This document shows, piece by piece, positions 25,298-35,193 of a DNA stretch of 45,692 nucleotides. The position numbers and the translations under genes are program-made. The DNA comes from a virus (Duplodnaviria > Caudoviricetes), in the IMG/VR virus record IMGVR_UViG_3300037423_000942, positions 1-45,692 of that record, one strand, 5' to 3'. Under the pieces are notes generated by a model that was given only the letters and a program-made list of their open reading frames with translations, searched no databases and was not told the origin of the DNA. How positions within the stretch are numbered: position 1 is the first letter of the stretch; each line of letters begins with the position of its first letter.

Positions 25298-25390
25298 GAG
25301 GTGCACGGCACTCGTGGCAGCCCACGTCTAGAACGCCGGCTGCATGGTCTGGTGACTGGAAACAGTCATCGTTGTCTGGAGAAACCCTGA

Positions 25391-26275
25391 ATGGCAGGAG
25401 AAGCCGAAACCCCGGTTACCGACGATACCCCCGAGCATGAGGAACGCGATGCGGACTTCGATGCGGGATTCAGCGGCACAAGCGAAACGTCCACGGAAAC
25501 GCCGACGCCCACGCCTGCGCCCACCCCCGCCCCGACGCCAGTTCCCACTTCCGCTCCGGCTCCCGAATTCGTGCAGGTCACGCGCGAGGACTGGGATCGT
25601 GTCAGCAAGAACGCCGCCAAGGTCGACGAGATCGAGGCCACGTTCGGCAAGCTGCGCGACCAGGCTTTCGGCAAGATCGGCGGGCTTGAGCGAGCCTTCG
25701 CGCAAATCCAGCAGGCCACGCCGCAAGGCGCCGCCGTGGAGATCAGCGCAGAGGACTTCACCGAGCTGAAGGAGCAGTACCCCGAACTCGCCGAGCTCAC
25801 GCTCAAGGGCCTGAACAAGGCCATGGGCAAGCTCAAGGGAACGGGCGGAACCAACGTCGATCCAAAGGTTTTTGATGAGAAGTTCGGCGCAATTCGCGAC
25901 GAGGTGACCGACATGACGCTGGATGCCATCGTTGATGGCGACTGGCAGGCACTGGTCAAGAAACCCGAGGATGGTAGCGAGTGGCAATACGGCAACTGGG
26001 TTGCGACTCAGAAGCCGGAAATCCAGAAGCTCGCCGCTTCGGACAAGCTGCGCGATGCGGCACGCCTGATGCGCCTGTTCAAGGCTCATCTGGACACGCC
26101 CGCTCCCGTGCCGACACCAGCGCCGTCTCCTGCACCGACACCGGCTCCCACACCGAGCCCCCGACAACAACGGACCACAGCAGCAGTCCCCCCGCGAGGT
26201 GATGGCGGCCATCCGCCCGCGCCCTCGGAGGAGGACGAGTTCAGCGCCGGATTCAACTACCGACGATCCGGCTGA
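25391..26275 (+). CDS. Capsid scaffolding protein with Pro-Thr/Pro-Ala linkers
   Basis: Between portal and capsid; acidic termini with FDAGF/FSAGF; helical core. Confidence 0.82.
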   Translation: MAGEAETPVTDDTPEHEERDADFDAGFSGTSETSTETPTPTPAPTPAPTPVPTSAPAPEFVQVTREDWDRVSKNAAKVDEIEATFGKLRDQAFGKIGGLERAFAQIQQATPQGAAVEISAEDFTELKEQYPELAELTLKGLNKAMGKLKGTGGTNVDPKVFDEKFGAIRDEVTDMTLDAIVDGDWQALVKKPEDGSEWQYGNWVATQKPEIQKLAASDKLRDAARLMRLFKAHLDTPAPVPTPAPSPAPTPAPTPSPRQQRTTAAVPPRGDGGHPPAPSEEDEFSAGFNYRRSG

Positions 26276-26296
26276 TCCAGCAAACCCCCGCAGACG

Positions 26297-26326
26297 AGGC
26301 CCGCCACTGAGCGGGCTTTTTCGTTT
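26297..26326 (+). terminator. Terminator/stability hairpin before the capsid gene
   Basis: AGGCCCGC-CACTGA-GCGGGCTTTTT. Confidence 0.75.
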
Positions 26327-26352
26327 CTGCACACCGATAAGGAGTTCATGCG

Positions 26353-27423
26353 ATGAGCATGCAGACCTTCGTTCTTACCCCCGGCCGCCTCAATAAGTTC
26401 CGTGGCCAGATCCTGTCGCACGCCGTGCCGATGGAAGTCCTCGGCCGCACGGGTCGTCAGGTGAAGATGCCCAAGAACAGCAGCGACACCTACGTGGCCC
26501 GTCGCTGGCTGCCCTACGGCGCGACGTCCACCGACGCGAACACCATCAACCGCTTCTTCCAGAACGGCACGGGTGATCGCGGCAACGTGGTGGTGCAAGC
26601 CCACCAGATCAGCGAAGGCGTGACGCCCACGCCCGACAACATCACTCCGCAAGACGTGACCGTGGTCGTGCAGCAGTACGGCTGCCTGTACGGCTTCACC
26701 GACAAGACCTTCGACCTGTACGAGGACGACATCCCCGCGGCGATGATCGAGCAGATTGGCGAGCGCGTGACGTTCGTCAACGAGATGATCATCTGGGGTG
26801 CGCTGCGCGCGTGCACGAACCAGTACTACGGCGGCACGGGCACCTCGCGCTCCACCGTCAACGGTGCTCTGACGCTGGGCCTGATCCGCAAGATCGCCAA
26901 GAACCTGCAAGCTAACCACGGCAAGCCGGTCAACTCGGTGCTCGCGGCCTCGGGCAGCTACGGCACCGACGCGGTGGCCGAAGGTTTCACGGTGTATTGC
27001 CACACCGACATGGAGCCGGACATCCGCGATCTGCCCGGTTTCGTGCCGGCGGAGAAGTACGCCAGCGGCAAGCCGATGCCCAACGAGATCGGCAAGTGCG
27101 AGCGCTTCCGCTTCATCACCTCGCCGGACCTGCCGTCCATCCAGGATGCGGGCGCGGCCGTGGGCTCGACGGGCCTGCAGTCGCAGTCGGCCTCGAACGT
27201 GGACGTGTACCAGTTCATCGTGACGGCCAAGGACGCTTGGAGCCAGATCGCCGTGCGCGGTAAGGAGTCGCTGGACCCGACGTACCTGCCGCCGAGCCAG
27301 AAGTCCAAGTCGGATCCGCATGGCCAGCGCGGCTACGCGGGAACGATCTGGTGGAAGGCCGTGATGATCGAGAACAACGGATGGATGGCCGTTGGCAACG
27401 TCGGCATCCGCACGCTGAGCTGA
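26353..27423 (+). CDS. Major capsid protein, N4-gp56 family
   Basis: MPKN.S....RR, EGVTP, QYG....TD, EIG..E.FRFI, SDP.GQRG..G..W motifs; AAGGAG SD. Confidence 0.93.
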   Translation: MSMQTFVLTPGRLNKFRGQILSHAVPMEVLGRTGRQVKMPKNSSDTYVARRWLPYGATSTDANTINRFFQNGTGDRGNVVVQAHQISEGVTPTPDNITPQDVTVVVQQYGCLYGFTDKTFDLYEDDIPAAMIEQIGERVTFVNEMIIWGALRACTNQYYGGTGTSRSTVNGALTLGLIRKIAKNLQANHGKPVNSVLAASGSYGTDAVAEGFTVYCHTDMEPDIRDLPGFVPAEKYASGKPMPNEIGKCERFRFITSPDLPSIQDAGAAVGSTGLQSQSASNVDVYQFIVTAKDAWSQIAVRGKESLDPTYLPPSQKSKSDPHGQRGYAGTIWWKAVMIENNGWMAVGNVGIRTLS

Positions 27424-27429
27424 TCTTGA

Positions 27430-27456
27430 GGGGCTGGGGAAACCCGGCCCTTTCTT
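27430..27456 (+). terminator. GAAA-loop hairpin/terminator after the capsid gene
   Basis: GGGCTGGG-GAAA-CCCGGCCC-TTTCTT. Confidence 0.65.
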
Positions 27457-27474
27457 CACTGAAAGGACTTCAGC

Positions 27475-27993
27475 ATGCAAGACAACCTCCAGCGATACCT
27501 CAACTCGCTGACCAACCCGCGCGACCAGGTGACTCTCCGGACGATCCTGCAACCGGTGTACGACCGCTTCTCCAGCCAGTGCTTCTCTTCGGCGGGCCTT
27601 GCCATCAAGACGGCAGGCTCGGCCATCGTGAAGGCGGGCTCGGCGTTCTACGGCATCGCCAACGGCGTGCTGGTGAACAAGGCGTCCAGCACCGACATGG
27701 CGGCGCTTTCGGGCACCGTCACCGCCGCCAAGTTCAACGTCTTCGTGTTCTACATCGACTCGGCGGGCACTCTGTCGAGCGCGATGGGCACCGAAGGCGC
27801 CACGCTCGGCGCGGTTGTGTTCCCCGCTTTGCCGCAGAAGACGGCGGTGATCGGTTTCGTGGTGATCAACCCGACCGGCACTGGCAACTTCGTGGGCGGC
27901 ACCACGGCTCTGGACGACGCCACCGTCGTTCCCAACGCCGTGTACGTCAACGTCGACGGGCCTTTCGACCCGACGATGGTCCTCGGTTCCTGA
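27475..27993 (+). CDS. Putative capsid decoration protein 1, 172 aa
   Basis: Beta-rich Gly/Ala/Thr protein immediately after the capsid gene. Confidence 0.7.
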   Translation: MQDNLQRYLNSLTNPRDQVTLRTILQPVYDRFSSQCFSSAGLAIKTAGSAIVKAGSAFYGIANGVLVNKASSTDMAALSGTVTAAKFNVFVFYIDSAGTLSSAMGTEGATLGAVVFPALPQKTAVIGFVVINPTGTGNFVGGTTALDDATVVPNAVYVNVDGPFDPTMVLGS

Positions 27994-28016
27994 TTCAACG
28001 TCCATAAGGAGAAAAC

Positions 28017-28511
28017 ATGGACAACCTCTCGTTTCCCCCGTTCACCCTTTGCGCGATCAAGGTTGCGCTGACCGCCTCCGGTGCGGCCACGACTGTCGGT
28101 TCCACCGGCACCGTGCACTACTGCATCAAGGGCAAGGCGTACACCACGTCCGCCGCTTCGTCTTCGGCCACGCCGACGACCGATGCGGTCACGGGCGCGG
28201 CGTTCGTCGCCGTCCCGGCCAACTACGGCAGCGTGTTCGTGCTGTGTCTTGACGGCTCTTCGTCCACCTTCGCCACGGCCCTCAAGGTCGTGCAAGGCTC
28301 GGTCGTGGCGCTCGACTCGGCCGGCAACTTCGTCGTCGCACCGCAGTTCGGCACGATCCCCGACACGCTCTGCCCGGTGTCCTACATCGTGGTCAAGAAC
28401 GGTTCGACCGGATCGAACTGGACGTTCGGCACGTCCAACTGGAACGCCACCGGCATCACCCTGGGCATCCAGGACGTGATGACGCTGACCGGCCGACCCC
28501 AAGTGTCGTAA
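28017..28511 (+). CDS. Putative capsid decoration protein 2, 164 aa
   Basis: AAGGAG SD; pattern similar to the preceding gene. Confidence 0.7.
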   Translation: MDNLSFPPFTLCAIKVALTASGAATTVGSTGTVHYCIKGKAYTTSAASSSATPTTDAVTGAAFVAVPANYGSVFVLCLDGSSSTFATALKVVQGSVVALDSAGNFVVAPQFGTIPDTLCPVSYIVVKNGSTGSNWTFGTSNWNATGITLGIQDVMTLTGRPQVS

Positions 28512-28530
28512 GCCCTCACGGGCATCGAGC

Positions 28531-28562
28531 AAGGGCCACCTTCGGGTGGCTCTTTTTCTTTC
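28531..28562 (+). terminator. Intrinsic terminator with UUCG loop
   Basis: GGGCCACC-TTCG-GGTGGCTC-TTTTTCTTT. Confidence 0.88.
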
Positions 28563-28579
28563 ACCAACCGGAGAGCTGA

Positions 28580-29107
28580 ATGCCCCGAGCCAGTACCCGA
28601 GTGGTCGCGCCGACCACGACGAACGAGATCCACGCCGACGACCTGCGCATGGCGCAAGCGCCTGCCGCGGACTTCGACAACCGCAGCGAAACCATCATCC
28701 CCGTGGACAAGCCGCTGGAGGACGACTACGCCGCCGCGCTCGCCTTCATGGAAGAGCCGCTCACGATTCGCATCGAGCAGTCCGACGAAGAGAACGCGCC
28801 TGTCGCTGTCGAGTGCTGGGTGAACGGCAAAGGTGCCGAAGTTCTCAACCCGATCACCGGCAAGTTCGATGAAATCAACTGCCTGCCCATCGGCGGCCCG
28901 ATCATCACGAAGCGCAAGTACGTCGAAGTGCTGGCCCGCTCGCGCAGTGATCGCGTGGTGGCAACCGAAGTCGACAACCGGCCCGCAGCGAACAAGGACG
29001 GCTGGAAGGTCGAACGCCGCAGCCTGCGCAAGACCCTGTTTTCCGTCATCCACGACCCGAACCCCAAGGGTCACGAGTGGCTGACGCGCCTGTACGCGGA
29101 GCGCTGA
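28580..29107 (+). CDS. Conserved head-region hypothetical protein, 175 aa
   Basis: LAFMEE...VNG...RKYVEVLAR...FSVIHDPNPKG.EWL. Confidence 0.8.
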   Translation: MPRASTRVVAPTTTNEIHADDLRMAQAPAADFDNRSETIIPVDKPLEDDYAAALAFMEEPLTIRIEQSDEENAPVAVECWVNGKGAEVLNPITGKFDEINCLPIGGPIITKRKYVEVLARSRSDRVVATEVDNRPAANKDGWKVERRSLRKTLFSVIHDPNPKGHEWLTRLYAER

Positions 29108-29110
29108 TCC

Positions 29111-29806
29111 GTGAACTACCTGACCCTTGCGCAGAAGCTGCGTCGTAAATGCCGCGTGATGGGGTCGGGGCCGACGGCTGTCACCGGTCAGTCGGAGGAA
29201 TACAGCCGCCTGCTTGACTGGATTTCCGAGGCGTGGATGGAAATCCAGCGGATGCGCAACGACTGGGCGTTCCAGCGCGCGACCGCCACCTGTGCCACCG
29301 TGCTGGGCCAGACGAGCTATTCGGCCAGCGACTTCGGCATCAGCGACACGCTCGGATTCTGGGCGGTGGACTACGAGAACGGCGACACCTTCCGCAACTA
29401 CGTGACGGCCACGGGCACGAGCTCCGAAACCTTCATGGACGTGTGGGACTACGACCGCTGGCGTGACACCTACCTGTTCGGCGCGCTTCGCACCTCATAC
29501 ACCCGCCCGTACGTGGTGGCCGTGACACCTGACAACGCGATTGCCTGCGGCCCGATTGCCGATGCCGGCTACACGCTGGTGGGCGACTACTACAAGGTGC
29601 CCACGGAGCTCGTCGCCGCGACCGACACGCCCACGCTGCCCGTGCAGTACCACATGGCCATCGTCTACAAGGCGATGATGTACTACGGCGCGAGCGAGGC
29701 GGCGCCCGAGGTGTACGACGAAGGGCGCGGGCAGTTCGAGGTCATCATCCGCCAGATCATGGCCACGCAGCTGCGTCGGCCGCGCCTTCCGGGAGCGTTG
29801 GCGTAA
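29111..29806 (+). CDS. Head-tail adaptor protein
   Basis: MNYL.L.....R...W.EIQ.....W...P.LP.QYH.AIVY.A pattern; position before the nozzle. Confidence 0.78.
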   Translation: MNYLTLAQKLRRKCRVMGSGPTAVTGQSEEYSRLLDWISEAWMEIQRMRNDWAFQRATATCATVLGQTSYSASDFGISDTLGFWAVDYENGDTFRNYVTATGTSSETFMDVWDYDRWRDTYLFGALRTSYTRPYVVAVTPDNAIACGPIADAGYTLVGDYYKVPTELVAATDTPTLPVQYHMAIVYKAMMYYGASEAAPEVYDEGRGQFEVIIRQIMATQLRRPRLPGALA

Positions 29807-31867
29807 ATGGCGATGCGCCCGCGTTTCCCGCCCACGCAGGCGGCGTATTACCCCATGCGCGGCGGGCTGGACCTGGTGTCCCCGCGCATCTCCATCGACC
29901 CGGGCCGTGTCTTCGATGCGCAGAACTACGAGCCATGGGTGGCTGGAGGCTACCGCCGCATCAATGGCTTTGAGCGCTTCGACGGCCAGACGTCGCCCAC
30001 CAGTGCGACGTACTGGTACATGACGGCCAGCATCACTGGAAACGTTACCACCGCAGCGACCCTGACGGGCGCGACCAGCGGAGCGACTGGCCGCGTGTTG
30101 GCCAGCGACACGGGCGTGATCGTCCTTGGTCGCGTGTCGGGGACGTTCCAGTCCGGAGAGGCCCTTCAAATCTCGGGCGTGACCGTGGCCACGGCGACGA
30201 GCTCGGCAGTCGAAAGCGGCGCGCCCAGTCCGTCGGATGACGCGAACGACCGCCTGCTGGCCGCGAACGACCGACGCGCCGACATTCTCGCGGTGCCCGG
30301 CAGCGGTGCGATCCGCGGCGGCTTCGTCCTCAATGACGTGTGCTACGTCTTCCGCGACAACGCGGGCGGCACGGCGGGCGCCCTGTACAAGCAGACCGCC
30401 TCGGGCTGGTCGCAAGTGACCTTTGGGCGCGAGCTGCAGTTCGACGGCGCCACGGGCCAGATCAGCGACGGCGATACGGTGACGGGCGCGCTGTCCGGAG
30501 CCACGGGCGTCGTCAAGCGCGCCTTGCTGCGCACGGGAACGTGGACGGCTTCGGGTGTCGGTTCGCTGGTGTTCGCCTCCATCACCGGGGCATTCCAGGA
30601 CAACGAGAACCTTCAAGTCGGCGGTGTGACCAAGGCGGTCGCCAACGGCGTCGACACGGCCATCACCCGCCAGCCGGGCGGGCGCGTGGAAGTCGTCGTC
30701 GGGAACTTCACCGGGTCGTCGACCACGAAGTACGCCTACGGCGCCGATGGCGTGAACGTGGGCTTCGAGTTCGACGGCACCACGTACGTCCCGATCAGAA
30801 CCGGGATGACGAGCGACACGCCCACGCACGTTGCCGTGCACAAGGCGCGGCTTTTCTGGGCCTTCGCCAGCAGCCTGCAGTACAGCGGCATCAACCAGCC
30901 CTACAGCTACACGCTGCTCACGGGCGCCAACGAAATCGGCGTGGGCGATGCGATCACCGCGATCGTTCCGCAGGCCGGTAACGCTTCGGGTGCATCGCTC
31001 GGTGTGTTCACCTCGGGCAAGACCAGCATCCTGTACGGCTCGACGAACACCGACTTCAACCTCGTGCCGTCGGTCTATGACATGGGCTACCACGCCAACA
31101 CCGTGCAGCCGGTGTCGAACAACACCTACGGTCTGACCGCGCGCGGGGTGCAGTCGCTCATCACGACCCTGAACTACGGGGACTTCCAGTTCTCCGCGCT
31201 GAGCTTTCTGGTGCAGCCGCTGCTCGAGCAAAAGCAGGGCCTGCAATGTGCTTCCGTCACGCTCAAGGCCAAGAACCAGTACCGCCTGTTCTTCACGGAC
31301 GGCACGGGGCTGGTGTTCGGCCTGACCGGCGAGCAGCTCTCGGGGATCTTGCCCCTGAACTACGGCATGCCAGTGCGCTGCGCATGGACGGCCACGCTGT
31401 CGACGGGCGAGGAAGTGTGCTTCTTCGGCTCGGACGATGGCTACGTCTACAAGGACAACGTGGGGACGAGCTTCGATGGCGAGCCGATCGAGGCATGGAT
31501 TCGCCCGGTCTTCAACAACCTGAAGTCCCCTCGCGTGCGCAAGCAGTACCGCAGCGCCGTGCTCGAAGCGTCCTGCGACGGCTACGCCGAAATCAACCTG
31601 TCGTACGACCTTGGCTACGCGAGCTCCGATCTCGCGCCCGTGGCCATCCAGCAGGACCAGGCCATCGGAGGTGGCGGCGGGTACTGGGAGCAGTTCACCT
31701 GGGAGGCGTTCACCTGGGACGCTCCCGTCGTCGCCGAGCCGCGAATTTCCATCGACGGCACAGAAAACAACATCAGCCTGCTCGTGTACAGCAACCGCGC
31801 GCAGGACGACTCCCACGTCATTGAGGGAGCGAACCTCTTGTACACACCCCGCCGCTTGACGAGGTAA
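29807..31867 (+). CDS. Tail nozzle/tubular protein B-like beta-propeller, 686 aa
   Basis: GGLDL.SP, GGYRRINGFERFDG, H..RLF, KNQYRLFF; size and position. Confidence 0.82.
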   Translation: MAMRPRFPPTQAAYYPMRGGLDLVSPRISIDPGRVFDAQNYEPWVAGGYRRINGFERFDGQTSPTSATYWYMTASITGNVTTAATLTGATSGATGRVLASDTGVIVLGRVSGTFQSGEALQISGVTVATATSSAVESGAPSPSDDANDRLLAANDRRADILAVPGSGAIRGGFVLNDVCYVFRDNAGGTAGALYKQTASGWSQVTFGRELQFDGATGQISDGDTVTGALSGATGVVKRALLRTGTWTASGVGSLVFASITGAFQDNENLQVGGVTKAVANGVDTAITRQPGGRVEVVVGNFTGSSTTKYAYGADGVNVGFEFDGTTYVPIRTGMTSDTPTHVAVHKARLFWAFASSLQYSGINQPYSYTLLTGANEIGVGDAITAIVPQAGNASGASLGVFTSGKTSILYGSTNTDFNLVPSVYDMGYHANTVQPVSNNTYGLTARGVQSLITTLNYGDFQFSALSFLVQPLLEQKQGLQCASVTLKAKNQYRLFFTDGTGLVFGLTGEQLSGILPLNYGMPVRCAWTATLSTGEEVCFFGSDDGYVYKDNVGTSFDGEPIEAWIRPVFNNLKSPRVRKQYRSAVLEASCDGYAEINLSYDLGYASSDLAPVAIQQDQAIGGGGGYWEQFTWEAFTWDAPVVAEPRISIDGTENNISLLVYSNRAQDDSHVIEGANLLYTPRRLTR

Positions 31868-31871
31868 CTGG

Positions 31872-33506
31872 ATGAGCAACAACTTCTATACACCGACTGG
31901 TGCCCCTGCATACGCTTCGCGCGGGCTGTCTGCGTCGATACGCGCTGAGTTCGTGTCCATTGAGGCCGGGTTTCAGGAGGTACAGGATGTCACCTCTGCG
32001 GCGATTACCGGAACGGCTATGTCCGGCGTCGATACGGGCACGGCCAACCAGTACGCCGTCACCGTCGGTACGGTTGATGCGGCGAGCTACATCGCCGCGT
32101 ACACCGATGGCGTGACGATCCGCTTCCGCACAAGCAACCCGAACACCGGGGCGTCGGTCATCAACGTCAACACGCTGGGCAACAAAAGCATCCTGCGTCG
32201 CGACGGAAGCGCCCTTCAATCCGGCGACATCCTCGCAAGCTCGTGGAACACGGTCACCTACAACAGCGCAGCGGGCGCGTTTTATCTGCTCATGGGAGTG
32301 CAGGGAACAGCAGGTACGAACGGTACCTCGGGGCTGGAGCCGTACGAAGAGCGCGCCAATACGGCGGTGTCCATCGGCAACGGTGATGCGTCCAAGAAGA
32401 TCAAGGTCACCGGGACCGGCAACAGCACGCAGGCGTTCGATGCAGTCGCGACGCTCACGGCAGGCTGGCGCACGCGCCTGTGGAACGCCACGACGGGCTA
32501 TCTGCAAGTCACATCCGACGGCGCGACGTACCGGATGTACCCGGGCGAAGAGCGCGAGTTCTACGTCGACAAGGTGAACAACATCATCCGCTCGGCGGTG
32601 CTCCGAGGGTTTCGGCTCAAGGACCAAAGCGCGGGCTCCATCCTTGTTCCTCCTTCGGGCTGCGGTTACAAGTTCCTGATGGTGCGCGCCACCGGCTCTG
32701 GGGCGGGCGGCGGTGGCGGCGGCGGCGGCGGTTCAGGCCGTTCGGGCGCATCGCCTACCGGCGGCGCAGGCGGTTCCGGGGGTGCAGCCGGACAAAGCGG
32801 CGCGACGGTGGTCCGGCGTATTCCGCTGGACCTCCTGCCGACAGCTGGAACGTCAATCTCCTACTCTCCTGGTGCGGCAGGCGCGAAAGGAGCGAAGGGC
32901 ACGGGCGGCGCGGGTGTCACCGCTGGCTCTGGCAATGGCAACATCGGCAGTATAGGAACGAGCGGAAGCGCAGGCAACCAGACCACGTTCGGCGCCTCTA
33001 CCGATAACTGGTACGTCAGCGCGCCGGGAGGTGCAGCTGGGGTGAACCGCGGCAACCCCGGTGCGGCCGGCACTTCTGGGACCGCCAGCGGTGGCGCTGC
33101 AATCACGAATTCGGTCGGAACGACGGCGGCGGCGATTCAGACCGTTGGCGGAGCGATTCAAACGGCCACTGCCAACGGATCGGCGTCGGTCGTCGGTGGT
33201 TCTACGAGCACGACCGCGGGCGCGGCCGGCGGTGCGTCAGGAGATTCTTCACAAGGCATTGCGCTGCAGGTCGTGCGTTCGGGCGCGTCGCTCGCACCTG
33301 GAGGTGCCGCCAACTCGAACCCCGTGCCCTCCGTCGGCAACAACGGCACCACACCCTCGGCAGAGACATCGCCGGGTGTAGGCGGCTTGGGCGGCGGCGG
33401 CGGCGGTGGCTCTCCGGGCCATACCAGCAACGCTACCGGGAATGGCGGCGACGGTGGCGACGGTGCCAACGGCGGCCCCGGCGAAATCGAAATCTGGGCG
33501 GAGTGA
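31872..33506 (+). CDS. Gly-rich tail fibre, 544 aa
   Basis: N-terminal attachment domain, NTGAS.INVN.LG.K.I motif, Gly-rich C-terminal domain. Confidence 0.82.
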   Translation: MSNNFYTPTGAPAYASRGLSASIRAEFVSIEAGFQEVQDVTSAAITGTAMSGVDTGTANQYAVTVGTVDAASYIAAYTDGVTIRFRTSNPNTGASVINVNTLGNKSILRRDGSALQSGDILASSWNTVTYNSAAGAFYLLMGVQGTAGTNGTSGLEPYEERANTAVSIGNGDASKKIKVTGTGNSTQAFDAVATLTAGWRTRLWNATTGYLQVTSDGATYRMYPGEEREFYVDKVNNIIRSAVLRGFRLKDQSAGSILVPPSGCGYKFLMVRATGSGAGGGGGGGGGSGRSGASPTGGAGGSGGAAGQSGATVVRRIPLDLLPTAGTSISYSPGAAGAKGAKGTGGAGVTAGSGNGNIGSIGTSGSAGNQTTFGASTDNWYVSAPGGAAGVNRGNPGAAGTSGTASGGAAITNSVGTTAAAIQTVGGAIQTATANGSASVVGGSTSTTAGAAGGASGDSSQGIALQVVRSGASLAPGGAANSNPVPSVGNNGTTPSAETSPGVGGLGGGGGGGSPGHTSNATGNGGDGGDGANGGPGEIEIWAE

Positions 33507-33509
33507 CCT

Positions 33510-33950
33510 ATGCAGCGACACGCGATCGTGAAGGATGGCGTCGTGGTGCAAGCCACCATGATCCGCGACGGCGACACGGAAACCGCAGCAGCACTGGGCG
33601 CTATTCCATGTCCGGACTGGGTGAGTGCGGGCGATGCCTACGACGGCTCGATCTTCACCTTGTCGCAGAGCGTTGAAGTCCCTGCCGAAGTCACCTTCCG
33701 TCAAGGCATGGCCGTCCTGATCAAGTACGGACTGGACACGCAGATCGATGACCTGCTGAACGCCCAGTTGGCGCAGGCTCAAGCCTCGGACGATGAGCAG
33801 GCCATCCTCGACGCGAAGCTGGCCATCAACGACTGGAAACGCTCCACCGCCTTCGAGCGCGACTGGCCTCTGATCGAGAAGATGCGCCAGCTCAAAGGCT
33901 GGACGCAGGACTACGTCGACAACCTGTTCATCGAGGCCAAGACGCTATGA
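33510..33950 (+). CDS. Tail-fibre-associated protein, 146 aa
   Basis: AIVKDGVV...G..YDG..F and VP..VT.RQ...W.....FER..PLI...VD.LF.EA motifs. Confidence 0.75.
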   Translation: MQRHAIVKDGVVVQATMIRDGDTETAAALGAIPCPDWVSAGDAYDGSIFTLSQSVEVPAEVTFRQGMAVLIKYGLDTQIDDLLNAQLAQAQASDDEQAILDAKLAINDWKRSTAFERDWPLIEKMRQLKGWTQDYVDNLFIEAKTL

Positions 33951-34294
33951 ACTTTCTTCGCGCCAAGTTCCTGCTCACGCTCGCCAACCTGCGGGAAATC
34001 CTCATCGCCATCGACCAACTGGGCAACGTGCTTCTGTGCACGCTCACCATGGAGCAGTCGTGGAGCGACGAGACCCTCAGCGCCCATACATGGCGGATGT
34101 ATCGCGATGGCAAGCCATGGGGTCGCATCCTCATGCCGCCGATTGACTGGATGTTCTCGTGGCAAAGCCAAGAGGAGGTGTTCCTCGACGAGAACGGCCA
34201 GCCGATTACCGGCCATTGCCGCCGCGCGTACATGAAGGAGCGCGCGCGCGATTATTTGCCGGTTGAATACCGCGACACGAAAGGACAGCCGTGA
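33947..34294 (+). CDS. Conserved phage protein, 115 aa
   Basis: LIAIDQL.N...DETLSA..WR...ID..F...HC..AY. Confidence 0.8.
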   Translation: MNFLRAKFLLTLANLREILIAIDQLGNVLLCTLTMEQSWSDETLSAHTWRMYRDGKPWGRILMPPIDWMFSWQSQEEVFLDENGQPITGHCRRAYMKERARDYLPVEYRDTKGQP

Positions 34295-34560
34295 GCCACG
34301 AAACCGCATCCCGGACCGCATCGACGGTCACGTACACGGGAGCGTCGCTCTCGGTGAGTTCCGCCGCCGCGGGCACTGTTATTCCTCCCGGCGTACAGGA
34401 AACAGTGCTGGGCCTGACGCTGAATCAGTGGACGGTGGCGGGCATCGTCTTCGGTATGTTGACAGCGCTCGCGGGCCTTCTGGTCAACCTGTACTTCCAG
34501 CGCCAGCGCCTGAAGCTGCAGATGCTGCACATCAACCAAGCACTCCCTGACGGCGACTGA
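34291..34560 (+). CDS. Holin
   Basis: TM segments and basic C-terminus (VNLYFQRQR); directly before the endolysin. Confidence 0.8.
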   Translation: MSHETASRTASTVTYTGASLSVSSAAAGTVIPPGVQETVLGLTLNQWTVAGIVFGMLTALAGLLVNLYFQRQRLKLQMLHINQALPDGD

Positions 34561-34565
34561 AGCCC

Positions 34566-35159
34566 GTGGCGCGTGACATTCAGATGATCCCGGGCAACAC
34601 CGACCCGGGCCGCTACCGCAACTCCGTTCTGAGCATCGCCATGCTGGCGCTGATCGCGGCCGGCGCGAGTGCACCGACGCTGCTTGGACAGTTCCTCACT
34701 GAAAAGGAAGGTTCGCGCCTTGTGGCCTACCAGGACGGCGCGCACATCTGGACCATCTGCCGCGGCCTGACGGTCTACCAAGGCAAGCCGGTGTATCGGG
34801 GGATGCATCTGTCGCAGGCCGAGTGCAACGCCGCGGATGCTGCGTTCATCGCTCGCGACCTCGCCGAGGCGCAGTCGATCATCCGTCCCGATGTGTGGGC
34901 GCGCATGTCCGAGCCAGCCAAGACCGCGCTCGGTGACATGGTGCACAACCTGGGCAAGGCCAAGGCCCGCGACTCCAGAGCCGTGCGCCTGCTCAACGCT
35001 GGCAACGTGAACGATGGGTGCGCGGCGATCACGCTATGGATTCGCGACGCAGGCCGCGATTGCCGCAAGGCAGGCAGCAACTGTCAGGGCCAGCCTATTC
35101 GCCGCATGCAGGATGACGAGTTATGCCTGATCGGCAATGCGCCCTCTGCGGCGCAGTAG
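34566..35159 (+). CDS. SAR endolysin (T4-lysozyme/GH24 type)
   Basis: Ala/Gly-rich SAR segment; E-x8-D-x5-T triad (EGSRLVAYQDGAHIWT). Confidence 0.92.
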   Translation: MARDIQMIPGNTDPGRYRNSVLSIAMLALIAAGASAPTLLGQFLTEKEGSRLVAYQDGAHIWTICRGLTVYQGKPVYRGMHLSQAECNAADAAFIARDLAEAQSIIRPDVWARMSEPAKTALGDMVHNLGKAKARDSRAVRLLNAGNVNDGCAAITLWIRDAGRDCRKAGSNCQGQPIRRMQDDELCLIGNAPSAAQ

Positions 35160-35193
35160 GTCACACCGCGCCGCACTGTCCGTGGAGGACTGA

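Noticed and set aside
25495-26165. Tandem repeats at both ends of the scaffold gene
   Set aside because: Degenerate at DNA level; they encode Pro-Thr/Pro-Ala linkers
32695-33480. GGC-rich repeats in the tail fibre
   Set aside because: Ordinary poly-Gly coding sequence
20850-33950. Diversity-generating retroelement acting on the fibre genes
   Set aside because: No reverse transcriptase motif and no TR/VR repeat pair seen
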